Position numbers and translations under genes: made by a program
Part shown: positions 27,070 to 37,257 of the stretch, one piece after another
Layout of the letters: every line of letters begins with the position of its first letter
How positions within the stretch are numbered: the stretch's first letter is position 1
Assembly: GCA_964188305.1 (NCBI GenBank)
Contig: OZ076894.1
From: Podarcis bocagei
Taxonomy: Eukaryota
Length of the DNA stretch: 64,000 nucleotides
Reading direction: 5' to 3' (one strand)
Notes under the pieces: generated by a model
Database searches by the model: none
Told to the model about the DNA's origin: nothing
The model's input: only the letters and a program-made list of their open reading frames with translations

Positions 27070-27435
27070 CTTTTAGAAGACGCCCTGCACAGGGAAGTTT
27101 TTAATGTCGGAGGCTTTACAGTGGTATCTCAGTTTAAGAACAGTCCTGTTTACGAACGATTCGGTTTACAAACTCCGCAAAACAGGAAGTAGTGTCCCAG
27201 TTTGCAAACTTTACCTCAGTCTAAGAATGGAATCCGAACAGTGGAAGGGCACCGGCGGCAGGAGGCCTCATTAGGGAAAGCGCACCTCAGTTTAAGAACC
27301 GTTTTGGTTTAAGAATGGACTTCCGGAACGGATTAAGTTCGTAAACCAAGGTACCACTGTATTGTGTTTTTGATATTTTATTGGGAGCCATCCAGAGCAG
27401 CTGGGGCAATTTATATGGGTGGCATATAAATAATA
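27070..27435 (+). mobile_element. L2 3' end interrupted by a MITE
   Basis: Matches the L2 3' UTR of the 7289 and 61151 copies on both sides of 27119-27359. Confidence 0.65.
27119..27359. mobile_element. Tc1/pogo MITE (related family M2)
   Basis: CAGTGGTA...TACCACTG TIRs, TA TSD, internal sequence different from M1. Confidence 0.85.
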
Positions 27436-27829
27436 AAATGATTGCTGTTGTTATTGTTACATGCAGGGATGTGCTAAAAGCCTATGTATTTCTATGGGGT
27501 AATCATAATTACCTGTCACTGGATATTGCCATGAATTCATGAATCACCCCTCAAAAGAAGGGGAGAGGCTGGATGAATAGGGAAGTCCTATTACACTTGA
27601 GGAATAAGGTAAAGAGGAATAAGAAGAGGAAAACAAGAGCTGGTGAAGCCAAGTGAACAACTATGAGGTGGAAAGGCCAATGCAAATCCCACCTCTGCCA
27701 TGAACTCCCTAGGGCAGAGATGGTGAACATCAGAGACGGGAAACATCAGACCTGGGGCTGAATGTGGCCCTCCAGGCCTTTCAGTCTGGCCCCCAGGATT
27801 CTCCCCAAGCCACACATCCTCCCAAGCTA

Positions 27830-27975
27830 CACCTGCAAGCAGCCCTGATTTGCTGGAATGTGTTCTGTATTGGGAAGTTCTTAATGTTTGATGTTTTATT
27901 ATGTTCTTATATATGTTGGAAGCTGCCCAGAGTGGCTGGGGAATAATAAAATTGTTGTTGTTGTTGTTGTTGTTG
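27830..27975 (+). mobile_element. L2 3' end
   Basis: GGAAGCTGCCCAGAGTGGCTGGGGA motif, AATAAA and (TTG)n tail. Confidence 0.65.
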
Positions 27976-28820
27976 AATCTAATGCAGTAAATGGCAACGA
28001 TCTTCCAGTCAATTAGTATATGTCCCCCCTTAGCACTGCTTTTGGATTCATGCAGTGATTATTAACCTGTTGGGAATAGATTTTTAATATCTGGTTTCAA
28101 TTTTGATTTAATCCACATAATATCATGTGTCGTCCCTTGTTCTTAATATGCTTTCTGTTTTATCTTTTTCTGTGAAGGCTTCATTTTTTATGGTTAAGCA
28201 ATGCAACTTTTATTTGGTTTTATTGTTTCCATTCTTGTCATCGTTGGTTAGTATCAGGTCTTCCAATGGCAGCACCACAAAAGAAAACCAAAGGCTTTGC
28301 AGTTTTCTTTGCTGCTAAGAACCAGTTGCCTTTGGTAGAAGCAGGAAAGGTTTCTCTATCTTAGAACCTCCTTCCGCTGCCGACAGTCAATGTTCACCAA
28401 CTATAAAACACTAGTTAGGTTTATTTTCTTTCCCTGAAGTTTTTCCATCAATGCTAGTGACTGTTAAAACAAGCTTGTCAATAGCTGACTTTTCTAGAAC
28501 ACAGCAAATATTTTGCCAGACAGCAACTCCTCAAGCTCATTAAAATTAAGGAAACCAAGCCATATAATCAGATGAGAGCCTCTTGCAAGACCTTAGCTCT
28601 TCTACAAGAAAATAGATAGATACTTCTGTAAAATCAGCTCCCTAGAAAGGTGGGAAGAACAATGCCTTTGGGCCTAACACATTACCGTGGTACCTCGGGT
28701 TACATACGCTTCAGATTACAGACGCTTCAGGTTACAGACTCTGCTAACCCAGAAACAGTACCTCGGGTTAAGAACTTTACTTCAGGATAAGAACAGAAAT
28801 TGAAACCTATTCCCTGGTTT

Positions 28821-28832
28821 CAAAATGGCGAC
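28821..28832 (+). promoter_or_regulatory. YY1-like site (CAAAATGGCGAC) at the LINE 5' end, putative internal Pol II promoter
   Basis: Matches the AANATGGCG YY1 consensus ~20 nt inside the 5' end, the same position as in mammalian L1 promoters. Confidence 0.45.
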
Positions 28833-29867
28833 GAAGGTAGCAGCCTAGTTAACCTCGTCTGCCTTTAGATAAAGTTTTAAGTAGTTTTAAGTAGTTTTTC
28901 AAACCCTTTGGGGGTTTATCTTTTAATTCTAATGATTTAGTGGCTGTACTATCTCCTCAACACTGCCTCCGCTTTTCTTAGCATTAGCGTTTTATTGTTT
29001 TATTGTTTTATCACCGGACTCGAGCTTTAGCCTTGCTGCCTTGTCGCACCCCCCGCCGTACTTTGGTGCTGTGGAGCTGAGTAATCTCCTGAAACGAGTG
29101 AGAGGGGAAGGAAAAGAGGCCTGGCCTGACTCCCCCGTCGTGAAGGGACCCCCGTTACTGGGAAAGGAATAACTCAAGGTGGGTGATTGGAAACACCGTA
29201 AAATGGGGTTGAAACAAGCCCCCTTCCGAGTCCTGCCGGAATGAGTAAGAGCGTCTTCAGCAAATTAGGCTGATAAGAGGCGCAGCTTGGAAAAACCCCC
29301 AGCTTCTATCAGCTTCTATCAGTAAAAGGAAACTGGGAGCCGACGGAAGAACTCTCAAGCTTTCCTCCCTTCCTTCCCTTTCCAGCCCCACCAAAACTGC
29401 CTTAATAACTCACGGATAGTATTCCCTCTTGGGACTGATAGTTTCTCTCCCTCGAAGCTCCGGAGCAGCACGCACAAGTGACCTGCAGGAAGGTGGCTGT
29501 TAGACTCTGGAACAGATCCTGAGACCCAAGCACCTTATTAAAACCTACACCCTACAACAGAAGAGCCATTTCTTTCTCCTCTTTTTCCTCTTTGTTCAGC
29601 AAGGCAGTTTTTTTTAATTCCGCTCTTTTACTGCATTAGCGCTTCAACATTTTTATTACTTTTTACCTTTTTACCTCCTGGCACCTTTTTACCTTCTGGT
29701 ACCTATATTTATGCAGAGAAACATATTCAGACTCAGTGCTCGCTGACGAGCTAAGCAGGAGAAAGCTGCAGATACACCCCTACTCTACCACCGGCCCTGC
29801 AAATTAGGAAGAAACACTTGGGGACAACTGGCTCTCTAATTGGAAGACAACTACCCAACTACCCAAC

Positions 29868-31895
29868 ATGGTCCTCACCAGAAAGATATGTAAGGAGTTG
29901 GGTATTTTGCCAGAATCGTCACTCAACCCCCCGGGACCTGGAAAGAGACAAAGTAAAATTATAAATTATTTCCCTAAGAGGGAGGAGCGCATGAGTGAAC
30001 AAACTGAACTAATTATTGATGAAGTCACTCCTCCCCCCCTTACTCATCCTGACTGGTCACACTACTCCAAAGAGTTTCAACAAAACTCTGGAAACACAAG
30101 CTTTCCAAGAAGCTTGGCGCTAGAACTAGCCCTAGCGGAGAAACCTGAGGAAAATGTTTCTGTCATCAATAATCAGCGGCCTCCGGCAGAATTAACAACA
30201 TTCCATCAAGACCAGGCGCCCACTTTTAAGTATACTCAAACTGAACTGAGTGATGGCCTCTTTCAGGTCCACCTCCAAGACATAAATACAGACCTTTCCA
30301 ACATAAAAAATTATTTGACAATAACAAATGGGTTATTGTTGACCCTTGTGGAAAACCTTATCCCTCAACCAAAAGAGACAATAGCAACGGATGCACCCCA
30401 AATGCATAAACCAGTAGGACCTGCGAAGATGAGACAAGCAGTAACAACCAAGAAATTACAAAAAAATAGACCAAAAGCCAGGGAAAAGAAAACTAAGAAC
30501 ATTAAAACAACAAGGAAAATAAAGACAAGTCGACATAACCAATGGCAGAAATTATTCAAACTACTTCCATCGGACCCAAACAAATCTGCTGTACGAGATA
30601 AAAAAGAGAAAGGCAAGAAGGGGAAAAAGAAGTCATCGCCACAGCTAATGGCTAAGGAGGTATCTCCGAACCGGAGTTTAGAACTAAATGGGAGGATGGA
30701 AGCAACGCCCCAGAGCCCTGATAATAGGTCACTCAGTGAACTTGACATTGGGGGTGAAGCGGTACCTAACAATGAAGGCAGCGAACCACCTAGCAAACTG
30801 AGAAATGGGGACAATGCAACGCTCAATCGCGATGACAACACTATACAAGATGAGCAAGCCTTTACTCAGACAAGATGCTGGAAGCTGATCTTAAATCCCC
30901 AAAAATTGGTATTTACAAACTTCCCAAAACCAAAGGGCTTTCTTACAGGGAAAGATCGAAGAATGAGCTCCTTGAACATTCTGAATGATATACTGCCAGG
31001 CGCAGTAAGGCCAAATGATATTACTTCTGTAGATTATTTGCATCATGATGGCTGTTCTGTGAGAGCAATGATCACATTTAGAGACCTGAACCTGGCCAAG
31101 TTTATTTACAGATCAAGATATATATTCTTAAAGGCCCAGATACAAATTCTCAGATTTTTTGAAAATAAGGCACCACTGAATCCCCTTCTGGAAGCTAAGC
31201 CCGCAAACCTTAGTAAGGAGAAACAACCTCCCAAAACCCAGCCTGGTCCCCAGAAACAAGTGCCTCTAAACCTAAAAAGGAAAGACGTTCACCTGCAAGA
31301 TCCACAATTCCAAGCGAACGAAGATGAGGACCCCTTCTCTGTGGAAGAAAATACCTTAATCAGGCAATTTTGCCAATTTCCATCTTCAATACAAACTGAA
31401 ATATTAGAAAGATTAGACTTGCTAAGAATTAAGCTGGCTGGGAGAGATATAAATAAGGAAATCAATGTGGCCGCCCACAAAAAGGACCAGACTCTCTTTA
31501 ATTTGAACTCTATACAAGAACAAAACCCGGCGGCCTGTCGGCCACGTTACCTTCAGACAATGGCTGAGATTAATCTGCTCCCAATCAAGGAGGCCCAGTA
31601 CACCGAAGAGTACACTACATCACCTCCAATAGGGAGATCCATCCCCAAGGTGAACTCACCAGGCTCTTGGGACAAACTGAGGTACCTAGATGAGGCAGAG
31701 TTAGGCCACAATCAAGTCCCGGAAAAACACCTACAGAAAGAGATAACATACTTCAAAGGCCCGGTGACCACTAATGTCAGTATTCAACACTTACCAGCCG
31801 AAGCTATAGAACATTTGGCCAGTTTGCCATGCCCGGAAAACAATGGGCCGGCTCATAAAAGTGTAATCCCTAAAAGTTCCTTGGGAAATAATTGA
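29868..31895 (+). CDS. LINE ORF1 protein (675 aa): putative coiled coil, Lys-rich region, RRM/CTD-like domain
   Basis: Uninterrupted ORF between the 5' UTR and ORF2. Heptad-like LQDINTDLSNIKNYL; KLVFTNFP...RAMITFRD...IQILRFF resembles the ORF1p RRM-CTD pattern (inference). Confidence 0.85.
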   Translation: MVLTRKICKELGILPESSLNPPGPGKRQSKIINYFPKREERMSEQTELIIDEVTPPPLTHPDWSHYSKEFQQNSGNTSFPRSLALELALAEKPEENVSVINNQRPPAELTTFHQDQAPTFKYTQTELSDGLFQVHLQDINTDLSNIKNYLTITNGLLLTLVENLIPQPKETIATDAPQMHKPVGPAKMRQAVTTKKLQKNRPKAREKKTKNIKTTRKIKTSRHNQWQKLFKLLPSDPNKSAVRDKKEKGKKGKKKSSPQLMAKEVSPNRSLELNGRMEATPQSPDNRSLSELDIGGEAVPNNEGSEPPSKLRNGDNATLNRDDNTIQDEQAFTQTRCWKLILNPQKLVFTNFPKPKGFLTGKDRRMSSLNILNDILPGAVRPNDITSVDYLHHDGCSVRAMITFRDLNLAKFIYRSRYIFLKAQIQILRFFENKAPLNPLLEAKPANLSKEKQPPKTQPGPQKQVPLNLKRKDVHLQDPQFQANEDEDPFSVEENTLIRQFCQFPSSIQTEILERLDLLRIKLAGRDINKEINVAAHKKDQTLFNLNSIQEQNPAACRPRYLQTMAEINLLPIKEAQYTEEYTTSPPIGRSIPKVNSPGSWDKLRYLDEAELGHNQVPEKHLQKEITYFKGPVTTNVSIQHLPAEAIEHLASLPCPENNGPAHKSVIPKSSLGNN

Positions 31896-34800
31896 CAAAG
31901 ATCAGACCAGAGGCAAACACCAGCCGGCTCCCTATCTCCGCGGAAATTCGACACCATTAGAAACAAACAGGCTCAATCCTTACCTACAAACCAAGCAAAA
32001 GCAGTTCTTTCCCTGAAAGGCGCATCCAACCCACCCCAGAGCCTTAAAATTGTCTCCTGGAATGTTAACGGCTGGGCGACAAAGCAAATGGATCCTGAGG
32101 CAATAAACTTTATCTCTTCTTTTGACATTGTGTGCCTCCAAGAGACCTGGTCCCAACAAAGTATCACTCTCCCATATTATTGTTCCTTTAGCTCCTGTGC
32201 TCGCAAACTAGCTAACAGGGGTCGCCCTCAAGTTGGCCTCGCCTGTCTTATCTCAACCAGCTTATCCCTCACTATCTGCGAGGAACTTAAATCTTCCCCT
32301 TACTTTCTCACTATAAAGATCCACCTTCCAAAGACCAAAAGCCCATGGTTGATAACTACAGTATATCTGCCTCCAGCAATTAATGATTCCGACCGTAATG
32401 AAAGGTGGTCTGAACTTTCGTCTTGGCTTCATGACCTTCAAACAACTAACCCAGGACTTCCTCAAATCCTCTTAGGTGACTTTAATGCAAGAATAGGTCC
32501 CAACGACGATGCTATATTATCTTCCGCAGCACTTCTGGACAATCCCCTGCAGCACCCCTGGGGATATAGATGCTCTCTTGATCCCATAACAAATGCGTCG
32601 GGGAGGCTGTTGGCCCAATTGGCCATCGAAAACGATCTTTGCATTGCAAATGGCAACGTCACTCCCTTGTCCTCGCAGCAGTTAACGTGCATTTCTTCCC
32701 GGGGGACCAGTGTTGTCGACTACATTCTATTGACGCCGGGGCTATTCTCAATTTCTACAAAAATGGAAGTGGCTGAATATTTTGGTGGTGACCACCTTCC
32801 ATTGACTTTAATGTTAAGCCTAATAGAGCCATTCTCAGTCCCCTCGAACTATAGTTCCACCGTACAAAGCTACCCTGTATATAAAACAAAGAAATGGACA
32901 AGCCTCAGCTCCTCTCTTGCCCTGGACATACAAAAATCACTTGATATGCCTACAGTTCTTTCTGACTCAATTCCGCCCGCTGACCAATACCGGAAATTAA
33001 TTGATGCTTTTTCAACAACTTACATAACCATTACCTCGCCTACCCACCAACGCTTCTTCTCCGAATCACCCTGGTTTGACAAGGAATGTAAAGTCCTAAG
33101 AAGGCGAATTAGGAAAATGGTCAGAATCATCAAATTTTCCAACGACCCCCAAACCCGTGCAGAGCTTCTAGTTACTAAAAGGACATACAGAAACATGATT
33201 CATTGCAAGAAACAGCAACACATCCTTGAGGCTTGGTCCACTCTTCGTTCAGCTGTAGAGAGGCATGACTCCCGCTCCTTTTGGCGCTTAGTTAGGCCTT
33301 CGGCACCACCCAATTCAGCTATCCTGATTTCCGCTGACGAATGGATCGCTTATTATTCGGCCAGTTTCGCTTCTCCAAATAATCTTACAGATCACCTTCA
33401 ATCCCCGTCGGACCTCTGTTCCCGTTCTCCTAGCTCCACCTCCTCAGTAAATTTTACCTCAACCCGCATCTTCAACATCATAATGTCCATGCGTAGGAAT
33501 AAGGCCCCCGGCCCAGACATGGTCCCGTTGGACCTTTTCCTGACTGATCCTCTTTGGTGGAGTGAACAGCTGACTTCTGTATTCACCGCTATCTCCTCCG
33601 CGTTAGACATCCCCGACTCCTGGAGAGAAGCTACAATAGTCCCGATTTTCAAAGGCGGCCAGCCAAACATCCCTAGGAACTATCGCCCCATCAGCTTACT
33701 ATCTATTCCGGGGAAAATATTTGCTGCTGTCTTACTGGAAGAACTTCTTTCATGGGTCCATGAGAGAAACATTCTACCGCCAGAACAGATTGGCTTCCGG
33801 AAGTCAGCATCAACCATGGACCACTGTCTAACTCTTTATCACCTTGCCAGTAAATACACTGCACCAAGGCAAGGCCACCTGTTTGCCGCTTTCATGGACC
33901 TGGAGGCCGCCTTTGATTCCATTCCTAGACAGAGATTATGGTCCAAACTTGCCCATTTGGGAATTGATCCACACCTCCTTTCCCTAATTATTTCCCTTTA
34001 TTCAAACACCACAGCTCGCGTTCGAATTGGTCCCAATGGCTACCTTACCACCCCATTCCCAACGGCCAGGGGCGTCCGACAAGGTTGTCTCTTGGCCCCT
34101 TTACTGTTTAATCTTTATCTTCATGACGCCCTTTCCCCTTTGAAGCTAGCAACTAAGTACCCTCCTCACTTAGCAGGTCACCCCGTTGCTTCCCTTTTCT
34201 ATGCGGATGATGCCGTCATCTTATCCAGAACAGCTGCGGACCTAGCAAATGCAGTTAATGCATTTATCGCCTATTGTAAGGTGGAAGCTCTTAATATTAA
34301 TTATAAAAAATCGAAAGTTCTCCACTTCACTCGTTCCCGCAAACTCAAGCTGGAGCCGCTTAAGATCACAGGTGGCTACTTAGAAAAGGTAAAAGCCTTT
34401 AAATATCTAGGCTTAATATTTACTTATAATCTCTCCTGGACCACCCATCTACAATCTGCCTCTCTTGCTGAAACTACAACCTCTAATGCCATTGTCCAAT
34501 TTTATCACCAGAAGGGCGGCAAACACCTTCCAGCAGCAATTCAAATGTTTAATGCCAAAGTTGTCCCTAAACTATTATATGGCTGCGAAGTATGGACTAC
34601 AGCAATATCAGGTAACTTGGATCGCCCACTTCACATGTTTCTGAGATCTCTTTCCGGCGTCCCAAGATGTGTCTCAGGTGCAGCCTTACGTCTTGAGTTC
34701 GCCCAGCCCTCAATTGTAAAACGAGCATGGAGTCGAGCCATTTCCTACAGCTCCCACCTACTACCATCGGATGCTCGAATCAGAGGTGGTTTCTCCAATC

Positions 34801-35405
34801 TGATCCTAAGAGATACTCATAATTCTCCTTGGAAAACTACAATTAATCTCAAATTCCGCTCTCTTCTCAATTTGAACCGCAAAACTGTTTTTAATTTAGA
34901 GTGTATAAGCCCGGTAGCCCTACCTCTAATCAAAAAGAAGCTGCAGCAACTTGACTTCTCTAACACAGCTTCCCATGCAAGAGGGCCGTGTTCAGGCTTA
35001 GCCCTAGCTATTCCACCCCCTGAAGGGATCCCTCTATACTGCTTTACAATTCCTTCGGAGGCTAAACGAAGGGCCTTTACCTGTGCCCGTCTCAACTCTT
35101 TTCCTACAGCAGTTCTGTCGGGTCGTTACTCCAGAGTCCCCAGCGCAAATAGAACATGCTCCTGCAATGACACGGTTCTGGAGACTATGGAACATGTAAT
35201 GCTCTTCTGTCCCAACTGGACAGATGAAAGATCTCGGTTCCTAACCCCTCTCGTGAACAAGCTTCATCTCCCAATCCAGCCTTGGATAGTGTCCCTTCTT
35301 CTGCAGGATTCTGACTGTTGGATTACCGAGATGACAGCTAATTTCCTGCTTAGTGTGATGAAGAGGAAAGCGGCACCAACTCCTTCCTCAATACCACAGA
35401 TGTAG
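31896..35405 (+). CDS. LINE ORF2: APE endonuclease + reverse transcriptase + C-terminal zinc-binding motif (1169 codons open; first ATG only at 32088)
   Basis: APE motifs SWNVNG, CLQETW, VYLPP, GDFNAR, VDYI, GDHLP. RT motifs KAPGPD, YRPISLL, QIGFR, FMDLEAAFD, GVRQGC, YADD, FKYLG. C-terminal CSC..H...C. Confidence 0.95.
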   Translation, partial: QRSDQRQTPAGSLSPRKFDTIRNKQAQSLPTNQAKAVLSLKGASNPPQSLKIVSWNVNGWATKQMDPEAINFISSFDIVCLQETWSQQSITLPYYCSFSSCARKLANRGRPQVGLACLISTSLSLTICEELKSSPYFLTIKIHLPKTKSPWLITTVYLPPAINDSDRNERWSELSSWLHDLQTTNPGLPQILLGDFNARIGPNDDAILSSAALLDNPLQHPWGYRCSLDPITNASGRLLAQLAIENDLCIANGNVTPLSSQQLTCISSRGTSVVDYILLTPGLFSISTKMEVAEYFGGDHLPLTLMLSLIEPFSVPSNYSSTVQSYPVYKTKKWTSLSSSLALDIQKSLDMPTVLSDSIPPADQYRKLIDAFSTTYITITSPTHQRFFSESPWFDKECKVLRRRIRKMVRIIKFSNDPQTRAELLVTKRTYRNMIHCKKQQHILEAWSTLRSAVERHDSRSFWRLVRPSAPPNSAILISADEWIAYYSASFASPNNLTDHLQSPSDLCSRSPSSTSSVNFTSTRIFNIIMSMRRNKAPGPDMVPLDLFLTDPLWWSEQLTSVFTAISSALDIPDSWREATIVPIFKGGQPNIPRNYRPISLLSIPGKIFAAVLLEELLSWVHERNILPPEQIGFRKSASTMDHCLTLYHLASKYTAPRQGHLFAAFMDLEAAFDSIPRQRLWSKLAHLGIDPHLLSLIISLYSNTTARVRIGPNGYLTTPFPTARGVRQGCLLAPLLFNLYLHDALSPLKLATKYPPHLAGHPVASLFYADDAVILSRTAADLANAVNAFIAYCKVEALNINYKKSKVLHFTRSRKLKLEPLKITGGYLEKVKAFKYLGLIFTYNLSWTTHLQSASLAETTTSNAIVQFYHQKGGKHLPAAIQMFNAKVVPKLLYGCEVWTTAISGNLDRPLHMFLRSLSGVPRCVSGAALRLEFAQPSIVKRAWSRAISYSSHLLPSDARIRGGFSNLILRDTHNSPWKTTINLKFRSLLNLNRKTVFNLECISPVALPLIKKKLQQLDFSNTASHARGPCSGLALAIPPPEGIPLYCFTIPSEAKRRAFTCARLNSFPTAVLSGRYSRVPSANRTCSCNDTVLETMEHVMLFCPNWTDERSRFLTPLVNKLHLPIQPWIVSLLLQDSDCWITEMTANFLLSVMKRKAAPTPSSIPQM

Positions 35406-37257
35406 TCGATACGCCGCACAATCGAACCTGTTTTTTGTATTCTCTGTCACTCAATGTTTTAAATCTCCCGTTACCTTTGTTATCCCCATTTTCTCAAAGT
35501 ATTCGCCCAGAACGGCATACACTTTTATCTCCCCACCCCCATTTTATGTTGTTATTTCTATGTATATTATGCTATGGCCGCATGGCTAATGCAATAAAAT
35601 CATTATAACAGAAATCGCGTGGCGGCAGTGCAGCGGCAGTAGGAGGCTCCATAAGCTAAAGTGGTACTTCAGGTTAAGAACAGTTTCAGGTTAAGAACGG
35701 AGCTCCAGAATGAACCCAAGGTACCACTGCACTTTAATTGCATCACTTGAAACAATGTTGATGTTGCTACAGATATTAAAATATAGCTGCCATTTTTAAT
35801 TGCCTTTTGTTTTGTCAGGGGCCAAAGTATAGGTGCAGGGGCTGGGCTAATTATTGTCAAGGAAGTAGGCAAATTTCCCTGGTTTTCAAAAGCTTGCATA
35901 AGGATATATATACACCATAACCCTCGTTGTCTATGACTGATCTGATGCTGATCTATGTCAACTTTGCGGGGATGACTACAGACCTGGTCCCCTGTCTACC
36001 CGACAGCTGTTTGAAACAGGGTTCTAAAAACTTCCTTGCACTGGGGTTTAGATTTAGGTTCAGATGGTGTCAAAACTGTAACAGGAATCTGTTCTGCATC
36101 TGCTTCAGCACTGTAATACTCCCCCCCCCCCACATCCCGCCGCCACATTTCTTTCAAGGGCAAACCCTAAGACATCTTGGAAGATGAATGTTTTCCCTTT
36201 TCATCTCAGCTGACCATTGGCCGGTACATACAGAAAATGGTGTTGGAGAATTCTGCACAGCTGTTCACACTGCGGTGAACAAGAGGACAAAATCGTTCAA
36301 GGAATCAGCTTCCAGCCACTTCACTTCCAGGCTAGAAAAAAGAGAGAAGAAAGAAGCGAGTGGCTGAGAGATCAGGGGGATGATCTGTTGCTAGCAAGGG
36401 ACTTGCAAAAAAATAAAATAAAAAATGAAGATTTTTCTTTAAGATGCAGCTGACGGCTCTCTCCTGGGTTTCCATGTTTACAATTCCAGTAGCCTGGATT
36501 TACATAATTGCAATTTCACTTCTTGCAAATATTTTGGAGATTTTGTTATGCCTGATTTTCTCAACAGCTGCTGCTTGGTGCTGAAATCTCTGCTAATTAT
36601 TTCAAACATTTAATGGGGGAAAATGCATAGCCTATTTTGATAAAATTATTACATTAAAAATTCTCATGATCTTGGAAGACAACGGCGTTTGGGAAGGGAT
36701 TTTTTTGTGTGTATGTGAGGAAGGGGTTGTTGTTGTTGCTTATCTGCTCTTGAAGAAAGGCACATGCAAAACATTTATGAAGCCAACACAGCTGCGGGGT
36801 CTACTCACCAGACCACTGCTGTCTGCTCAGTATCCTTTCTAGCTTTTTATAGATACAAGTTAAAAACACCATGAAATTTATTTCCTGTAATGATCCCAAA
36901 ATATTTACTTTAGTAAGTCAATGTTTCAGCAAAAATTGCCCAAGAATGCATGGCTAGGCAGTTCCATTGTGTCAACTTAGCACTCCCCCAACCCAAATCC
37001 AATTGTAACTCCCCCCCCCTACCAAATTATTTGGATGGCCTCTAGCTCACCTTCAATGAGGTCCTGCAGTAGCAAATGAGAAATTGCAGAAAATATTGTG
37101 CCAATGGTCCAAGATGGAGAAAGAGGAAACTCAGGGCAGTTTCCTAAACTATGTTCAGCAGTTACCGTATGTCCCAGCGTACAAGACGACTTTTTAATCC
37201 CTGGAAAATCGCTCCAAAAGTCGGGGGTTGTCTTATATGCTGGGTATACGCATTGGG

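Larger units (their letters stand above)
28801..35606 (+). mobile_element. Full-length non-LTR retrotransposon, RTE-X (RTEX)-like, ~6.8 kb, 9-bp TSD AACAGAAAT
   Basis: TSD at 28792-28800 and 35607-35615; ~1.07 kb 5' UTR, ORF1, ORF2 (APE+RT+C-terminal Cys/His), ~200-bp 3' UTR ending AATAAAATCATTAT. Clade inferred from LLYGCEVW (RTE group), the presence of an ORF1 and the GRY..RTCSC..E..EH..LFC..W..R C-terminus. Confidence 0.9.
28685..35729. mobile_element. MITE M1 split by the full-length LINE (halves 28685-28800 and 35607-35729)
   Basis: The two halves rejoin to the M1 sequence seen at 60347-60588 (...GAGAACAGAAAT|CGTG...). Confidence 0.9.

Noticed and set aside
30365-30841. 158-aa hydrophobic antisense ORF inside ORF1
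   Set aside because: Expected mirror of the Lys-rich (AAA/AAG) sense strand; no independent support.
31893-31895. In-frame TGA as a selenocysteine codon
   Set aside because: It lies in a low-complexity linker rather than at a Cys-equivalent catalytic site, and I see no SECIS-like element in the ~200-bp 3' UTR.
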